A DNA stretch of 55,312 bases from Chloroflexota bacterium (GTDB lineage: Bacteria > Chloroflexota > Dehalococcoidia > Lucifugimonadales > UBA3495), in the NCBI GenBank assembly GCA_027623675.1, contig JAQBVF010000023.1, positions 1-55,312 on the forward strand. Reading direction: 5' to 3'. A model generated the notes under the pieces. The model saw nothing but the letters and a program-made list of their open reading frames with translations. It did not search any database and was not told the DNA's origin. The translations under genes were made by a program, and so were the position numbers. Each line of letters begins with the position of its first letter. The first letter of the stretch is position 1. Of this stretch, positions 29,692 through 39,924 are shown piece by piece.

Positions 29692-30993
29692 TCACCGTTC
29701 CAACGAATACGCCTCGTCCAAAATGTCCACCACGTGCCTGACCGTGCCCGGCTGGCCCTGCGCTTTCAACCCCTGCTCTATCTGCAGCATGCAGCCGGGG
29801 TTGGCGGTGATCACTTCCGGGGCGCCGGTGGCTTGGATGTTGGCCATCTTACGCTTGAGCAGCCGCCGGGATAGGGCAGGTTGGACCGATGAGTAGATCC
29901 CGGCCCCGCCGCAGCAGAGTCCTGAATCCTCCATCTCCACCAGCTCCAGACCCGGTATGGCGTTCAAGATGGTTCTGGGCGCGGCGGTGATGCGCTGGGC
30001 ATGGGCCAGGTGGCAAGGGTCCTGGTAGGTGACCGTGCGGTTCACGGTCGAAGAAGGCGCCTGGAAGGGCAGGCCCACCAGGAACTCGGTCACGTCCTGG
30101 GTCATCTCGCCGAACCTGACCGCCTTGGCGCTGTACTCGGGATCGTCCTTCAGCAGGTAGGAGTACTCCTTCATGGTTGACCCGCAGCCGGCCGACGACG
30201 TGACCACCCGCTCGACCCCGGCGGCCAGTAGCGTGTCGATGTTTATCCGGGCCATGGCGCGGCTGGTTTCCAGGTCTCCCGCATGGGCGTTCAAGGCCCC
30301 GCAGCATCCTTGGCCCACCGGCACAACAACGTCGCAGCCGTTCCGGGTCAGCACCCGCACCGTGGCCTCCATGGTCGGACCCTGCATCAGGGGCATGACG
30401 CATCCCGATAGCAGGGCCACGGTCGTCTTTCTCTCGCCCTGGGCTTGATACACCGTTTCCGAAGGGCCGAAGAACCGCTTGCTCATGGGGGGCAGGTTGG
30501 ACTCAAATCTGGCGATCCCGCCCGGCAGCAGGTAGAGCAGATGGGACAGCCGGAGCAGCTTCTGTATCCCCAGCCGCTGGTAGAGCCGGACCAGATGCGC
30601 TCCGAACCGCAACCGTCTCGGCCTGGGCAGCGCGGAGTTCAGGAAGAACCGGCTGAACCGGCGCAACTCCTTGCCCTGAAGGCCGGCGGCCTTCACCTGG
30701 GCGCGGGTGTTCTCCATGATGCGGCCATACGGCACCCCCGAAGGGCAGACCGCCTCGCAGGCACGGCATTGCAGGCACGCTTCCCAGTGGGACACGATCC
30801 TGGGCGTGATCTCCACGCGGCCCTCGTTCACCGCCTTCATCAACGCAAGGCGGCCCCTGGGCGACTCCATCTCCATGGCTGTCTCAACGTAGGTTGGGCA
30901 GGAGCTGAGACACAGTCCACAATGGACGCAGCGGTAGAGATCGGCCTCCGCCGGAACATCGACGCCCCTGAACCCGGTTGCCGGTCGGGCCAT
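29692..30993 (-). CDS. glcF: Glycolate oxidase iron-sulfur subunit
   Basis: CVHCGLCLSSCPTY, CLQCRACEAVCPSGV, CCG domains (CCGAL, CCGGAG), ANPGC. Confidence 0.92.
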   Translation of the reverse strand: MARPATGFRGVDVPAEADLYRCVHCGLCLSSCPTYVETAMEMESPRGRLALMKAVNEGRVEITPRIVSHWEACLQCRACEAVCPSGVPYGRIMENTRAQVKAAGLQGKELRRFSRFFLNSALPRPRRLRFGAHLVRLYQRLGIQKLLRLSHLLYLLPGGIARFESNLPPMSKRFFGPSETVYQAQGERKTTVALLSGCVMPLMQGPTMEATVRVLTRNGCDVVVPVGQGCCGALNAHAGDLETSRAMARINIDTLLAAGVERVVTSSAGCGSTMKEYSYLLKDDPEYSAKAVRFGEMTQDVTEFLVGLPFQAPSSTVNRTVTYQDPCHLAHAQRITAAPRTILNAIPGLELVEMEDSGLCCGGAGIYSSVQPALSRRLLKRKMANIQATGAPEVITANPGCMLQIEQGLKAQGQPGTVRHVVDILDEAYSLER

Positions 30994-31067
30994 CTAGATA
31001 CCTCTCCCCGAAAGATTCCCTGAGATTCTCGCCGAAAACGTCCCGGATAAGATTCCCGAAAATACCA

Positions 31068-32468
31068 TCAGATACCGCCCAGGAACCGGCCCGGATTGAG
31101 CATTCCACCGGGGTCGAACTTGTCTTTGAGACGCCGCATGACGGCCATGCTATCGGGAGCGTCCCCCCAAACATCGATCTGCCCTTTCACATGCAATGGG
31201 CAATGCTCGACAACCGCAGACCCGCCATACTTCTTAGCCACCTGTTGGGTCCGGTTTATGGCGTCTAAGATGGGCTGTTGTTGGGCCAAACCGGCCGCCC
31301 TCACGCCAGGCACGAACCCTCCCGCACTCGGTACATCGGTGGGCGTTGGCCAGAAAAGGCGGATGGCGCCGAAGCCGGGGTCCGCGATCTGGTCCGGTTT
31401 CCCGCCGGAGAGGGTCACCTCGCCGCACTCAACCGATGCCCTGGCCGCCGACTGTGGTTGCACCGACAGCCTCATAACCAGGACCGACCTTGGACTGATC
31501 TCGGATGGAACGTCGCCGATCCAGCGCAGCAGTCCCTGGGCGGCCGGTCCCTCCACCCGCTGCACCGCAGTGGCCCCTTCCGACAATAGCAGCGCCGCTG
31601 CTTCTCCCATTCTCCGGCCTGTCGCCTTGGCCCGGCCCGAGTAGAAGGCCAGGGACAGCGCGGCATCCGTATCGCCCAATCCCAAACCCTGGGACGCGGC
31701 TTGGATCGAGTCCTGCAGCCGCCTGAAAACGCCGAACGTCATGCCGTGGTAGCCCAGGGGTCCAGCGGGTGAGCGAACCAACTTCCGCCCGGCCAACACC
31801 GAATCTAATAGAGACGGGAAGGATACCAGCAACGCACCGGATTCGGGGTCAATGGGCAACAGTTTGAACGACGCCTCCACAATGACCCCCAGAGTGCCCA
31901 AAGAACCAGTGTACAGCTTATTCAGGTCATAGCCGGTCACGTTCTTGACCACCTTGCCCCCGGCTTTGGTGGCCACGCCCAATGGACTGAGCACGCTGAT
32001 GCCGATCAGCCATTCGCGGGGCAGTCCGTAGGCTTGGGCCAGGGGGCCGCCGGCCCCCACGGACAGTGTGCCGCCCACCGTAGAGCGGCCCGGAAGCGCC
32101 GATTCCAGCGGAACGAACTCGCCGCCGGGGGCCAATCGCTCTTGCAGCGACGCCAGGGTAACACCGGCCTCAACCGTAGCCGTCATATCCGCGGGCTGGT
32201 AGTCCACAACACGGTCCAGACGGCTCAGGTCCAGAACGACATCCGCCGACCGCGGCACGTTGCCCAGGCCCATGCGGGTGCCCCCGCCCCGGGGCAGGAC
32301 GCTCACTTTTTCACTAGAAGCCCAACTCAGGAATTCTGATATCTGGACCCGGTCCCTGGGCCGCACTACAACCTGGGGCGTCCGACCGTCGACATTGCCG
32401 TCTACAACAGGCAATACCGAATTCGCGCCCAAAAGCCTGACCAGGCTATCGCCAAGGGAAGACTCCAA
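31068..32468 (-). CDS. glcE: Glycolate oxidase FAD-binding subunit GlcE-like
   Basis: GGKVVKNVTGYDL.KL..GSLGTLG, FDP..MLNPGRF; lies between glcD and glcF. Confidence 0.88.
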   Translation of the reverse strand: MESSLGDSLVRLLGANSVLPVVDGNVDGRTPQVVVRPRDRVQISEFLSWASSEKVSVLPRGGGTRMGLGNVPRSADVVLDLSRLDRVVDYQPADMTATVEAGVTLASLQERLAPGGEFVPLESALPGRSTVGGTLSVGAGGPLAQAYGLPREWLIGISVLSPLGVATKAGGKVVKNVTGYDLNKLYTGSLGTLGVIVEASFKLLPIDPESGALLVSFPSLLDSVLAGRKLVRSPAGPLGYHGMTFGVFRRLQDSIQAASQGLGLGDTDAALSLAFYSGRAKATGRRMGEAAALLLSEGATAVQRVEGPAAQGLLRWIGDVPSEISPRSVLVMRLSVQPQSAARASVECGEVTLSGGKPDQIADPGFGAIRLFWPTPTDVPSAGGFVPGVRAAGLAQQQPILDAINRTQQVAKKYGGSAVVEHCPLHVKGQIDVWGDAPDSMAVMRRLKDKFDPGGMLNPGRFLGGI

Positions 32469-32498
32469 TCGATGCTCCTAACGAGATCAGCCTAAGGA

Positions 32499-33926
32499 TC
32501 AAACAGTCATGCCGGGGGCGAATGGGTGGGCCCTGGGTGTGTGGGACTTGCCGTCGGGGAATATCTTCCCCGGGTTCAAGCTATTGTCGGGCGCAAAGGC
32601 CTGGCGGACCAACAGCATGGCGGCCATATCGTCATCGGAAAAAACCAGGGGCATCTGCTCTTTCTTTTCCAATCCAACGCCGTGTTCGCCGGTCAGCGTC
32701 CCGCCCGCGTCGACGCACACCTGCAGCACCTCGGTCCCAGCTTCCACGATCTTCTGGATGGCGCCCGGCTGCCGCTCGTCGAACAAGAGGCAGGGATGCA
32801 GGTTGCCGTCTCCGGCGTGGAACACGTTGGCGATGGGGATGTTGTACTTACGGCTGACCTCAGCCACCTGCCCAAGCACCTGGGCCAGTTTGGTCCTGGG
32901 CACCACGCCGTCGACCAGGAAATAGTTGGGGGCGATGCTGCCCAATGCTCCCAGCGCGCCTTTGCGGCCGACCCAGAGCTGCTCCCGCTCATCGGCGGCC
33001 TCCGCCGTCCGCACCTGGGTGGCCCCGGTCTCCCAAAGCGCGGCTTCAACCTCGCCGCCAATCTCGTCAACCTCATCCTGCAGCCCCTCAAGCTCGATGA
33101 GCAGCACAGCCCCGGCGTCGTCCGGATAGCCAGCGTCGCTGACATTCTGGACCGCTTGGATGGTCAGGGCGTCGATCATCTCCAACGCGGCGGGGACGAT
33201 GCCGTGCTCAATCACCGCTGACACCGCGGTGCAGGCGGATTCCACATCGGGGAAGATTCCCAAGAACGTGCGCACCGATTCGGGCACCGGCAGAAGCCGC
33301 ACCGCGATCCGGGTGGCGATGCCGAAGGTACCTTCGGAGCCGGTGAAGACGCCGCGCAGGTCGTAGCCCACCGTCTCTCTAGCCAGGCTCCCCAGGTTGA
33401 TCACCGAGCCGTCTTCCAGCACCACCTCCATGCCCAGCACGTGGTTGGTGGTGGTGCCGTAGGCCAGGCAGTGGGGCCCGCCGGCATTCTCGGCGATGTT
33501 TCCGCCCAGGCTGCAGGCGCGCTGGCTGGATGGGTCGGGAGCGTAGCGCAATCCCATTTTGCGGACGTGGGTGTCCAGGTCCAGGTTGATAACGCCAGGC
33601 TCCACGAAGGCGATGCGGTTCTCGGTGTCCACTTCCAATATGTGGTTCATGCGGGGGAAGGCGACCTGGATGCCGCCGGGAGGCGTGATCGCGCCGCCGC
33701 TCAGACCGGTGCCGGTGCCCCGTCCCACCACCGGTACGCCCGCTCTGTGTGCCAGGGCGATCACCCGGCTCACCTCATCGGTGCTGGCCGGGAATACCAC
33801 CGCTTGGGGCAAACCGCGGTCCACCGAGCCGTCGTATTCAAAGACCAAGAGATCATCCGGATGAAATACCACGTTCTCTTCGCCGACGATGCGTTGCAGG
33901 CCAGTCAGGAATTGCTTGGTTGTCAT
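32499..33926 (-). CDS. glcD: Glycolate oxidase subunit GlcD
   Basis: RGTGTGLSGG, PDPSSQ..CSLGGN.AENAGGPHCL.YG, HAGDGNLHP, GEHGVG. Confidence 0.92.
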   Translation of the reverse strand: MTTKQFLTGLQRIVGEENVVFHPDDLLVFEYDGSVDRGLPQAVVFPASTDEVSRVIALAHRAGVPVVGRGTGTGLSGGAITPPGGIQVAFPRMNHILEVDTENRIAFVEPGVINLDLDTHVRKMGLRYAPDPSSQRACSLGGNIAENAGGPHCLAYGTTTNHVLGMEVVLEDGSVINLGSLARETVGYDLRGVFTGSEGTFGIATRIAVRLLPVPESVRTFLGIFPDVESACTAVSAVIEHGIVPAALEMIDALTIQAVQNVSDAGYPDDAGAVLLIELEGLQDEVDEIGGEVEAALWETGATQVRTAEAADEREQLWVGRKGALGALGSIAPNYFLVDGVVPRTKLAQVLGQVAEVSRKYNIPIANVFHAGDGNLHPCLLFDERQPGAIQKIVEAGTEVLQVCVDAGGTLTGEHGVGLEKKEQMPLVFSDDDMAAMLLVRQAFAPDNSLNPGKIFPDGKSHTPRAHPFAPGMTV

Positions 33927-34136
33927 GCCTGATCTTCTCGAATAACTTCTCACCAATGAATGGTCACCAGAGGCTAGCAAGGGGATAATAGAACAAAACA
34001 GTGGGCATTGCCAGACGGGACACGTTTCGTTTGATGGGCCAGTTCACATTGGGTATACTGTGGCGGGATTCGCGCCAGGCGATTCCGCTTGACTGTTTAC
34101 TCGCAAAAACCTGAGCACCTAACCAGGAGGGACCAC

Positions 34137-35237
34137 GTGGAGTTCAACATCGCCGTATTGGGTGGTGACGGGATCGGCCCAGAAGTAACCGACCAGGGCG
34201 TAAGGGTCTTGGAGGCCGTTGGCCGGGCCTTTGGCCACAACTTCAATCTTAGCTACGGCGACATCGGTGGCATATCCATCGACAAACATGGGATTCCACT
34301 GATCGACCACACCATCGAACTCCTGGACACCAACGACGCCGTGCTCTTCGGCGCGGTGGGCGGACCCAAGTGGGACGCACCCGATGCCAAGGTCCGGCCC
34401 GAACAGGGACTGCTGGCGATGCGGGCCCACATGGGTGTGTTCGCCAATATCAGGCCGGTTAAGGTCTACCCCCAGTTGGCCGAGTCCAGCGTGCTCAAGC
34501 CCGAGGTCATCGACGGCGTGGACATGGTGGTGGTCCGCGAGCTTACCGGCGGCCTTTATTACGCCGAGCCCAGGGGCCGGCGGGAGACCCCCAATGGCAT
34601 AATCGCCGAAGACACCATGCGCTACACCGAGGGAGAGATAGAACGGGTGCTCCGGGTGGGCTTCGAGTTGGCCCGGGGACGCCGCAAGAAACTGACATCG
34701 GTGGATAAGGCCAACGTGTTGGAATGCTCCCGGCTCTGGCGCACCGTGGCAGCCAGGCTGGGCGAAGAATACTCCGATATCGAATTGGAGCACGTGCTGG
34801 TGGACGCCTGCGCCATGCAGCTAATCCAACGCCCCGCCAGCTTCGATGTCATCGTTTCAGAGAACACCTTCGGCGACATACTCAGCGACGAGGCTTCCGT
34901 TTTGGCGGCTTCCATGGGCCTGCTGCCCTCGGCCAGCCTAACCGGCGTTCCCGTGGCCGGCCAACGCTCCGGCGGCCTCTACGAACCGATCCACGGGACC
35001 GCCCCGGACATCGCCGGTAGAGGGATCGCCAACCCCACCGGCTCCATCCTGAGCGTGGCAATGATGGTCCGTTATTCCCTGGGACTGACGGAGGAAGGCG
35101 CAGCCATCGAGTTGGCCGTTGACCGCGTGCTGGGCCAGAACGCCCGTACCGCCGACATCGCCCTCCCAGGCGCCGGACACGTTTCCACCAAAGAGATGGG
35201 CGACCTGATCGTCGCCGCGATCGAAAAAGCGGGCTAG
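34137..35237 (+). CDS. leuB: 3-isopropylmalate dehydrogenase
   Basis: [59 protein letters not shown] before GTG 34137. Confidence 0.96.
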   Translation: MEFNIAVLGGDGIGPEVTDQGVRVLEAVGRAFGHNFNLSYGDIGGISIDKHGIPLIDHTIELLDTNDAVLFGAVGGPKWDAPDAKVRPEQGLLAMRAHMGVFANIRPVKVYPQLAESSVLKPEVIDGVDMVVVRELTGGLYYAEPRGRRETPNGIIAEDTMRYTEGEIERVLRVGFELARGRRKKLTSVDKANVLECSRLWRTVAARLGEEYSDIELEHVLVDACAMQLIQRPASFDVIVSENTFGDILSDEASVLAASMGLLPSASLTGVPVAGQRSGGLYEPIHGTAPDIAGRGIANPTGSILSVAMMVRYSLGLTEEGAAIELAVDRVLGQNARTADIALPGAGHVSTKEMGDLIVAAIEKAG

Positions 35238-35306
35238 GCGACCGAAAGGCAGACCCTGGCAAGCAGGGCAACACGAAACGAACGAAAAGGATACAGGGAC
35301 ATACAG

Positions 35307-36365
35307 ATGGTCGGAGAACTGACGATTGCGATAGCGGTCTTTTTGGCCAGCTCTGGAGTCGTGGTGTTCTGCGGCGCTAAGTTGGCGGTCTACGGTGATG
35401 CTTTGGCTTCGCTAACCGGCTGGGGCCGGTTGTTCGTGGGAGGCCTGTTGCTGGCTCTGGCCACGTCGTTGCCCGAACTTTCCACCAATATTTCGGCCGT
35501 GCGCTTGGACCCGCCCAACCCCGAACTGGCGGTGGGCACGGTACTGGGCGCCAATATGAAGAATATGGTGACTCTGGCCGCCGTGGCGTTGGCGTTTGGG
35601 GGCAAGCGCTTCCTGCAGCGCGTGGCGCCAGAGCAAGGCTACTTGATCATGGTGGCCGTTGGTTTGACCGGAATAGCCGTCCTATTCGGCGCCCTGAAGA
35701 TGGGGGTAGAAGTCTGGGAGATTGGCCTTTCGTCAATCATCCTGATCGTCCTATTTGTGCTCGGCATGTGGTGGGTCTATAAGACCCGGCCCAAGGAAGA
35801 CGACGCCAATGAAAAGGACACCGGGATGACTCTGAGCAGGGCTTGGGTCATGTTTGGCTTGGTCTCTGCGGGGGTGGTGGTCTCAGGGTTCTTCCTGGCC
35901 TGGAGCACCGACGAGATAGCAGAAATCACCGGCATCGCCTCCAGCACTCTGGGCATCTTGTTGGTGGCTTTTGTTACGACCATACCCGAGATATCGGCCA
36001 CCGTGATGGCCGCCCGTTTAGGGGCCGTGGACCTGGCTGTTGCCGGGGTTTACGGAAGTTCCGTTTTTAACGTCTCAATCCTGTTCTACTCCGACATTGT
36101 TTACCGGGATGGCATACTGGTCAACCATACCGAACCGGCGCATTTCGTGGCTGGTGGCGTGGGAGTGGGACTGATGTTGGCAGGGCTGGTGTTGGTGCTG
36201 GCGCGGAACCGGATCCAGTCGGCGGTGGCGGCGGTGGCGTTGGCTTTGATTGCCGCCGCCTATATCGCTGGGGCGGTGGTGGTGGCCGCCGTGGGCGGCA
36301 TCGAAGATGAAGAAAGCTCAGAATCCAAACCGTCGATCACGACAATCCGAACGCCCGGCGAATGA
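35307..36365 (+). CDS. Ca2+/cation (CaCA, YrbG-like) antiporter
   Basis: Two alpha repeats, ATSLPE...GAN and VTTIPE...GSS.FN. Confidence 0.85.
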   Translation: MVGELTIAIAVFLASSGVVVFCGAKLAVYGDALASLTGWGRLFVGGLLLALATSLPELSTNISAVRLDPPNPELAVGTVLGANMKNMVTLAAVALAFGGKRFLQRVAPEQGYLIMVAVGLTGIAVLFGALKMGVEVWEIGLSSIILIVLFVLGMWWVYKTRPKEDDANEKDTGMTLSRAWVMFGLVSAGVVVSGFFLAWSTDEIAEITGIASSTLGILLVAFVTTIPEISATVMAARLGAVDLAVAGVYGSSVFNVSILFYSDIVYRDGILVNHTEPAHFVAGGVGVGLMLAGLVLVLARNRIQSAVAAVALALIAAAYIAGAVVVAAVGGIEDEESSESKPSITTIRTPGE

Positions 36366-38589
36366 TCCCGGTTACAGCGGTCCGCGATTCGCCACCGCTG
36401 AGAAATGCCGCCGCGAATTCCAGGGTTTCACGGTAGCGTTCCAGGAAATCGGGGCTTACTTCGCCGGATTCGACCCTTTGCCGGTATAGCTCCACCGATT
36501 CGCCCAGCCTGGCTTCCAGCCAGTCCGCCCCCTCAACTCGGAACAGAGCGCTCAAGAGACGACCGTCTTCCTCCAGAGAGATGGGCAAGATGGACGACCT
36601 TGCCAACCGGTCTTTGTCGTAGGCGAAGTAGGCCAGACTCTCCGCAACCAAAGCCCCTTCGCCGCGCCGTTGAAACTCGGCCAACAACCTGGCGGCCAGA
36701 CCCGGATCGGCGTTGATCAGCCGGTACATGACGCGCCAGGGGGGAGACAGCAGTGGATCGCTGTCCCGCACCAGCGTCAGGGCCGTATCCATGTCGCTGT
36801 TCAAGATCAAAGCCCCAGCCGCCGGCTGGGCCAGTAACATACCCTCCAACGGAACCGGCGAATCCAGCAGCAACTGGGCCGTCTCACGGGGTGCGATCCC
36901 AGCCCGGGCCGCGGCCACTTGGAATAACGCCTCCAGGAAGGGCTCATCAACCCTAAAGTTGCCCGAAGCCTCCTCAACCAATAGCGTGATGCCTGCTTTT
37001 AGATCGGCAAGATCGTCGGTCGATAGAGTCACGCCCAGTTTCGTTAGCAGGTCTTCGGGGCTCAAGATGGTACGCAGTTGAAAGGGGACCAGGGTCATCA
37101 GCCTGCGGACGGTGTCGTCGGCGAGGGCAAAGGTGACCGCGTCCGCCGTGTCCGGGTCCCTGTCCCTGAAGAGGTCGAAGAACAGCCTCACGTCTTCTTT
37201 CTGATCGAAGCCGGTCTCGGTTAAGAAGCGCTCCAATTCCGCCGCGCCGCGTCCGGCGTCGTCCCGGCCCGCCTGAAGCACCGACTCGACCTTGGCCCCG
37301 AAGACCCGCAGGCGTTCCACGAAGCTGGCCGTGGCTTGCAGGGTCCGGCCCTCGGGCAGTGCCGCGCCGCTGAAGAACAACTCCACCAACACCCGGTTAT
37401 CCACCGCAGGCAGGAAGTTGACCAGGAACGGTTCCTCGGCCAGCCTTGCCGCCAGCCGGTCTGCCTGTTCCGCCACCGTGCCAACCGGTTGCGCCGCCAA
37501 GAACCCCAGCGCCGATGCCAGCCGGCCGGTGTCGGGGCGCCCCAGGGACGACAGATATGCGGGGTAGCTCCGTTGCAGCCTCACCTTGTCCTGAAGATAA
37601 CCGCGCCAGGACTGGAAATTCTCCTCGTTCCGTGGGTCGCCGATGAGCAGATCGAATTGGTCGGCCAAGTCAAACAAGCGCTGCTTCTCCTCGGTCTCCA
37701 GCACCCTGTTCGCCGCCGGCAGTAACCCGTCGGGTGGGTATGACGGGGCCAGGGACGGGTAAAGCCTCAGGTCGAAATGCTCGAAACCCAGCCACCGGCC
37801 CGTGTCCGACCTTTCATCTTGGGTCAGCGATTGGAACCAGCCTGCCGCGCCGTACCAGTCGCCCCACCGCCCCGGCGACAGGAAATCGACCCAGTATTTC
37901 CGAAGGATGGGCGGGACCAGGTCCAGGCTCCCGCCGGTGGTGTACACCAGGTCCGCCTCAAGATGGTGGAACACCGGCTCGGTATTCTTGCTGGACACAT
38001 CAGGGAGGTTACGCAGCCGTTGGCGAAGCAGCTCGAAGCCGTCAGGAGGCTGGGACATGAAGGTCAGGATGTCCCGGTGGTAGCTCTCCATGGCCGAAGA
38101 CAAACCAGCCGTGGGTGGCTTCTTCCAATCCAGGTCTGGCCGTCCCTCGACGGGAAATCCGCCCCAGTAGCTGTGACCAAGCTCGTGAATCACGCCGATG
38201 GGCTTGGCTTCGCCCACCCCGGCCCAATCGTCGAACCCGTAACTGCCAAAGAAGCCAGGCTCCCCTTTCATCTGGCGCAGGTCCAGACTCCGCAGCAGAG
38301 CCTCACCGTCGTCAGTGGGCTGGTAGAGGGCCACCACCGCGTCCACCCGCGCCTTGACCCAATCGGTGGCGCCGGGATGGGGAGTAGGTTGCGCCGGCAA
38401 ACCCTCCGGAAGGGCGGTGGCCTGAACGGGAACGGTAAAGGGAACTGAGACCGTGGCGGTGGGGACCGGGGTGTCTGGACTTGAGGCGATCGACTCTGGA
38501 GGCGAGGACGGCGTGGGGGGAGTGGAGGCCGCGCCGTTACAAGCTACGATCAGCAGACATAGGACAGCGGCCGGAAACCAGCGAGTCAT
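36337..38589 (-). CDS. Large hypothetical lipoprotein with HExxH motif
   Basis: Signal peptide and lipobox LIVAC, Pro/Ser/Thr-rich linker, VIHELGHSYW, helical C-terminus. Confidence 0.75.
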   Translation of the reverse strand: MTRWFPAAVLCLLIVACNGAASTPPTPSSPPESIASSPDTPVPTATVSVPFTVPVQATALPEGLPAQPTPHPGATDWVKARVDAVVALYQPTDDGEALLRSLDLRQMKGEPGFFGSYGFDDWAGVGEAKPIGVIHELGHSYWGGFPVEGRPDLDWKKPPTAGLSSAMESYHRDILTFMSQPPDGFELLRQRLRNLPDVSSKNTEPVFHHLEADLVYTTGGSLDLVPPILRKYWVDFLSPGRWGDWYGAAGWFQSLTQDERSDTGRWLGFEHFDLRLYPSLAPSYPPDGLLPAANRVLETEEKQRLFDLADQFDLLIGDPRNEENFQSWRGYLQDKVRLQRSYPAYLSSLGRPDTGRLASALGFLAAQPVGTVAEQADRLAARLAEEPFLVNFLPAVDNRVLVELFFSGAALPEGRTLQATASFVERLRVFGAKVESVLQAGRDDAGRGAAELERFLTETGFDQKEDVRLFFDLFRDRDPDTADAVTFALADDTVRRLMTLVPFQLRTILSPEDLLTKLGVTLSTDDLADLKAGITLLVEEASGNFRVDEPFLEALFQVAAARAGIAPRETAQLLLDSPVPLEGMLLAQPAAGALILNSDMDTALTLVRDSDPLLSPPWRVMYRLINADPGLAARLLAEFQRRGEGALVAESLAYFAYDKDRLARSSILPISLEEDGRLLSALFRVEGADWLEARLGESVELYRQRVESGEVSPDFLERYRETLEFAAAFLSGGESRTAVTGIIRRAFGLS

Positions 38590-38623
38590 GAGGGCTGCCC
38601 GGTCTGACCGCTCTGCAAGCGGA

Positions 38624-39037
38624 TCAGACCACCTCTAGCGGTTCCTCGATGACCGCGCCGTCGGCGATCTGGAATATGCGGACCACTGGGTTGTCCATGT
38701 CCATCAGCGACACCAGAACATAGCGGACGTCCGGCCAGAGTGCCGCGGTCCCGCCGGCGATCCGCACGTCGGTGTCGGACGGATAGGCCTCGCTGCCGGT
38801 GTGGGAATGGTAGATGACTTGCAGGTCCCAGCCATTGTCACCGGCTTCGGCGTCCACCCGGCCCAGTTCCACCGGGTCCATGGAGAACCGGAATGGGCTG
38901 GCCTCCACGTTAGACATCCGGTAGACCTTCCCAACTTGACCGCTCGGTCCGGCGAGTATTCCGCAGCACTCGTTGGGCAGATCGGCCTTGGCGTGGGCCA
39001 CCATATCGTCGACGAATTCCTGCTTGATCTGGACCAA
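38624..39037 (-). CDS. M67/JAMM (Mec+/CysO-cysteine peptidase-like) metallopeptidase
   Basis: PNECCGIL...IYHSHTGSEAYPSDTD (E...HSH-x7-S-x2-D). Confidence 0.92.
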   Translation of the reverse strand: MVQIKQEFVDDMVAHAKADLPNECCGILAGPSGQVGKVYRMSNVEASPFRFSMDPVELGRVDAEAGDNGWDLQVIYHSHTGSEAYPSDTDVRIAGGTAALWPDVRYVLVSLMDMDNPVVRIFQIADGAVIEEPLEVV

Positions 39038-39224
39038 TGAGTCAACTCCCCATGGTTAGCTGGAACAAATTCTGGTCCTCTTGCGTCAAGAGGAATATGA
39101 CGCCGTTGGTTCACTGAATCTGAGTCTCGTCTGAATATAGCAGAGGAACCCTGGAGAGAAAAGCGGCATCCAACTTAGCACGAGGGAGTTGGGTAAGACC
39201 CCTCCCGTAAAGAGGAACCAAAAG

Positions 39225-39434
39225 ATGATGTATTTCAAAGCCTGCCAAAAATGCGCCGGAGACCTAACCCTGGAGAAGGATTCCTACGGCTCCTACCTGA
39301 AGTGCCTGCAGTGCGGTAAATACACCGAGTTGAACGAGGTAGGTGACACCCGGTCCATGCTCCATGGGTCGGTTTCGGACCAAGGCGTCTTGAAGCTGGC
39401 CGTGGCCGGGTCCATGAAGGCGGCCGCCGCCTAG
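39225..39434 (+). CDS. Small zinc-ribbon protein
   Basis: KACQKCAGDL...D.YG.Y.KCLQCG. GAGG RBS upstream. Confidence 0.7.
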   Translation: MMYFKACQKCAGDLTLEKDSYGSYLKCLQCGKYTELNEVGDTRSMLHGSVSDQGVLKLAVAGSMKAAAA

Positions 39435-39441
39435 ACCCAGG

Positions 39442-39900
39442 TCACCCCTGGGCGTTATTGGACCACTCTTCGTATTCGTACACCGCGGCTACCTGCTCCG
39501 GAGTCTGTATCGAACCAGGACGGAGCCGCCGCACCTCTTTGATGGCATTCTCCGCCGAATGCCCCCGGTGCACCAGGTAACAGGCCAAGACCGTGCCGGT
39601 GCGGCCGATACCCGCGTAACAACTGACCGCCACCGGCCTCTTGTCCGCGATCTGCCGGTCGATGAATTCGACCATCCGCCGGTTCTGGTCCAGGGTCGGC
39701 GGCGTGAAGTCTTCGACCGGTTCGAACATGTCGACCAGGTCAACCAGATTGCCCGAGTCGGCGGCGATGGTGCGTTCTTCCATCCGGATCACGGCCCGGA
39801 CCCCCACGGCGTGGAGATAAGCCAAGTCATCGATGCTGGCCGGCCCCTGTGACCCCGCCAGCTCATCCTGCAAGACCCAACCAAAATTCATGTTCTGCAA
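39442..39900 (-). CDS. Dual-specificity protein phosphatase family
   Basis: PVEDFTPP general-acid loop, SCYAGIGRTG (CX5R), RPGSIQT..Q. Confidence 0.9.
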   Translation of the reverse strand: MQNMNFGWVLQDELAGSQGPASIDDLAYLHAVGVRAVIRMEERTIAADSGNLVDLVDMFEPVEDFTPPTLDQNRRMVEFIDRQIADKRPVAVSCYAGIGRTGTVLACYLVHRGHSAENAIKEVRRLRPGSIQTPEQVAAVYEYEEWSNNAQG

Positions 39901-39924
39901 TCTACTCTCTCCCTGGATTGGGTA

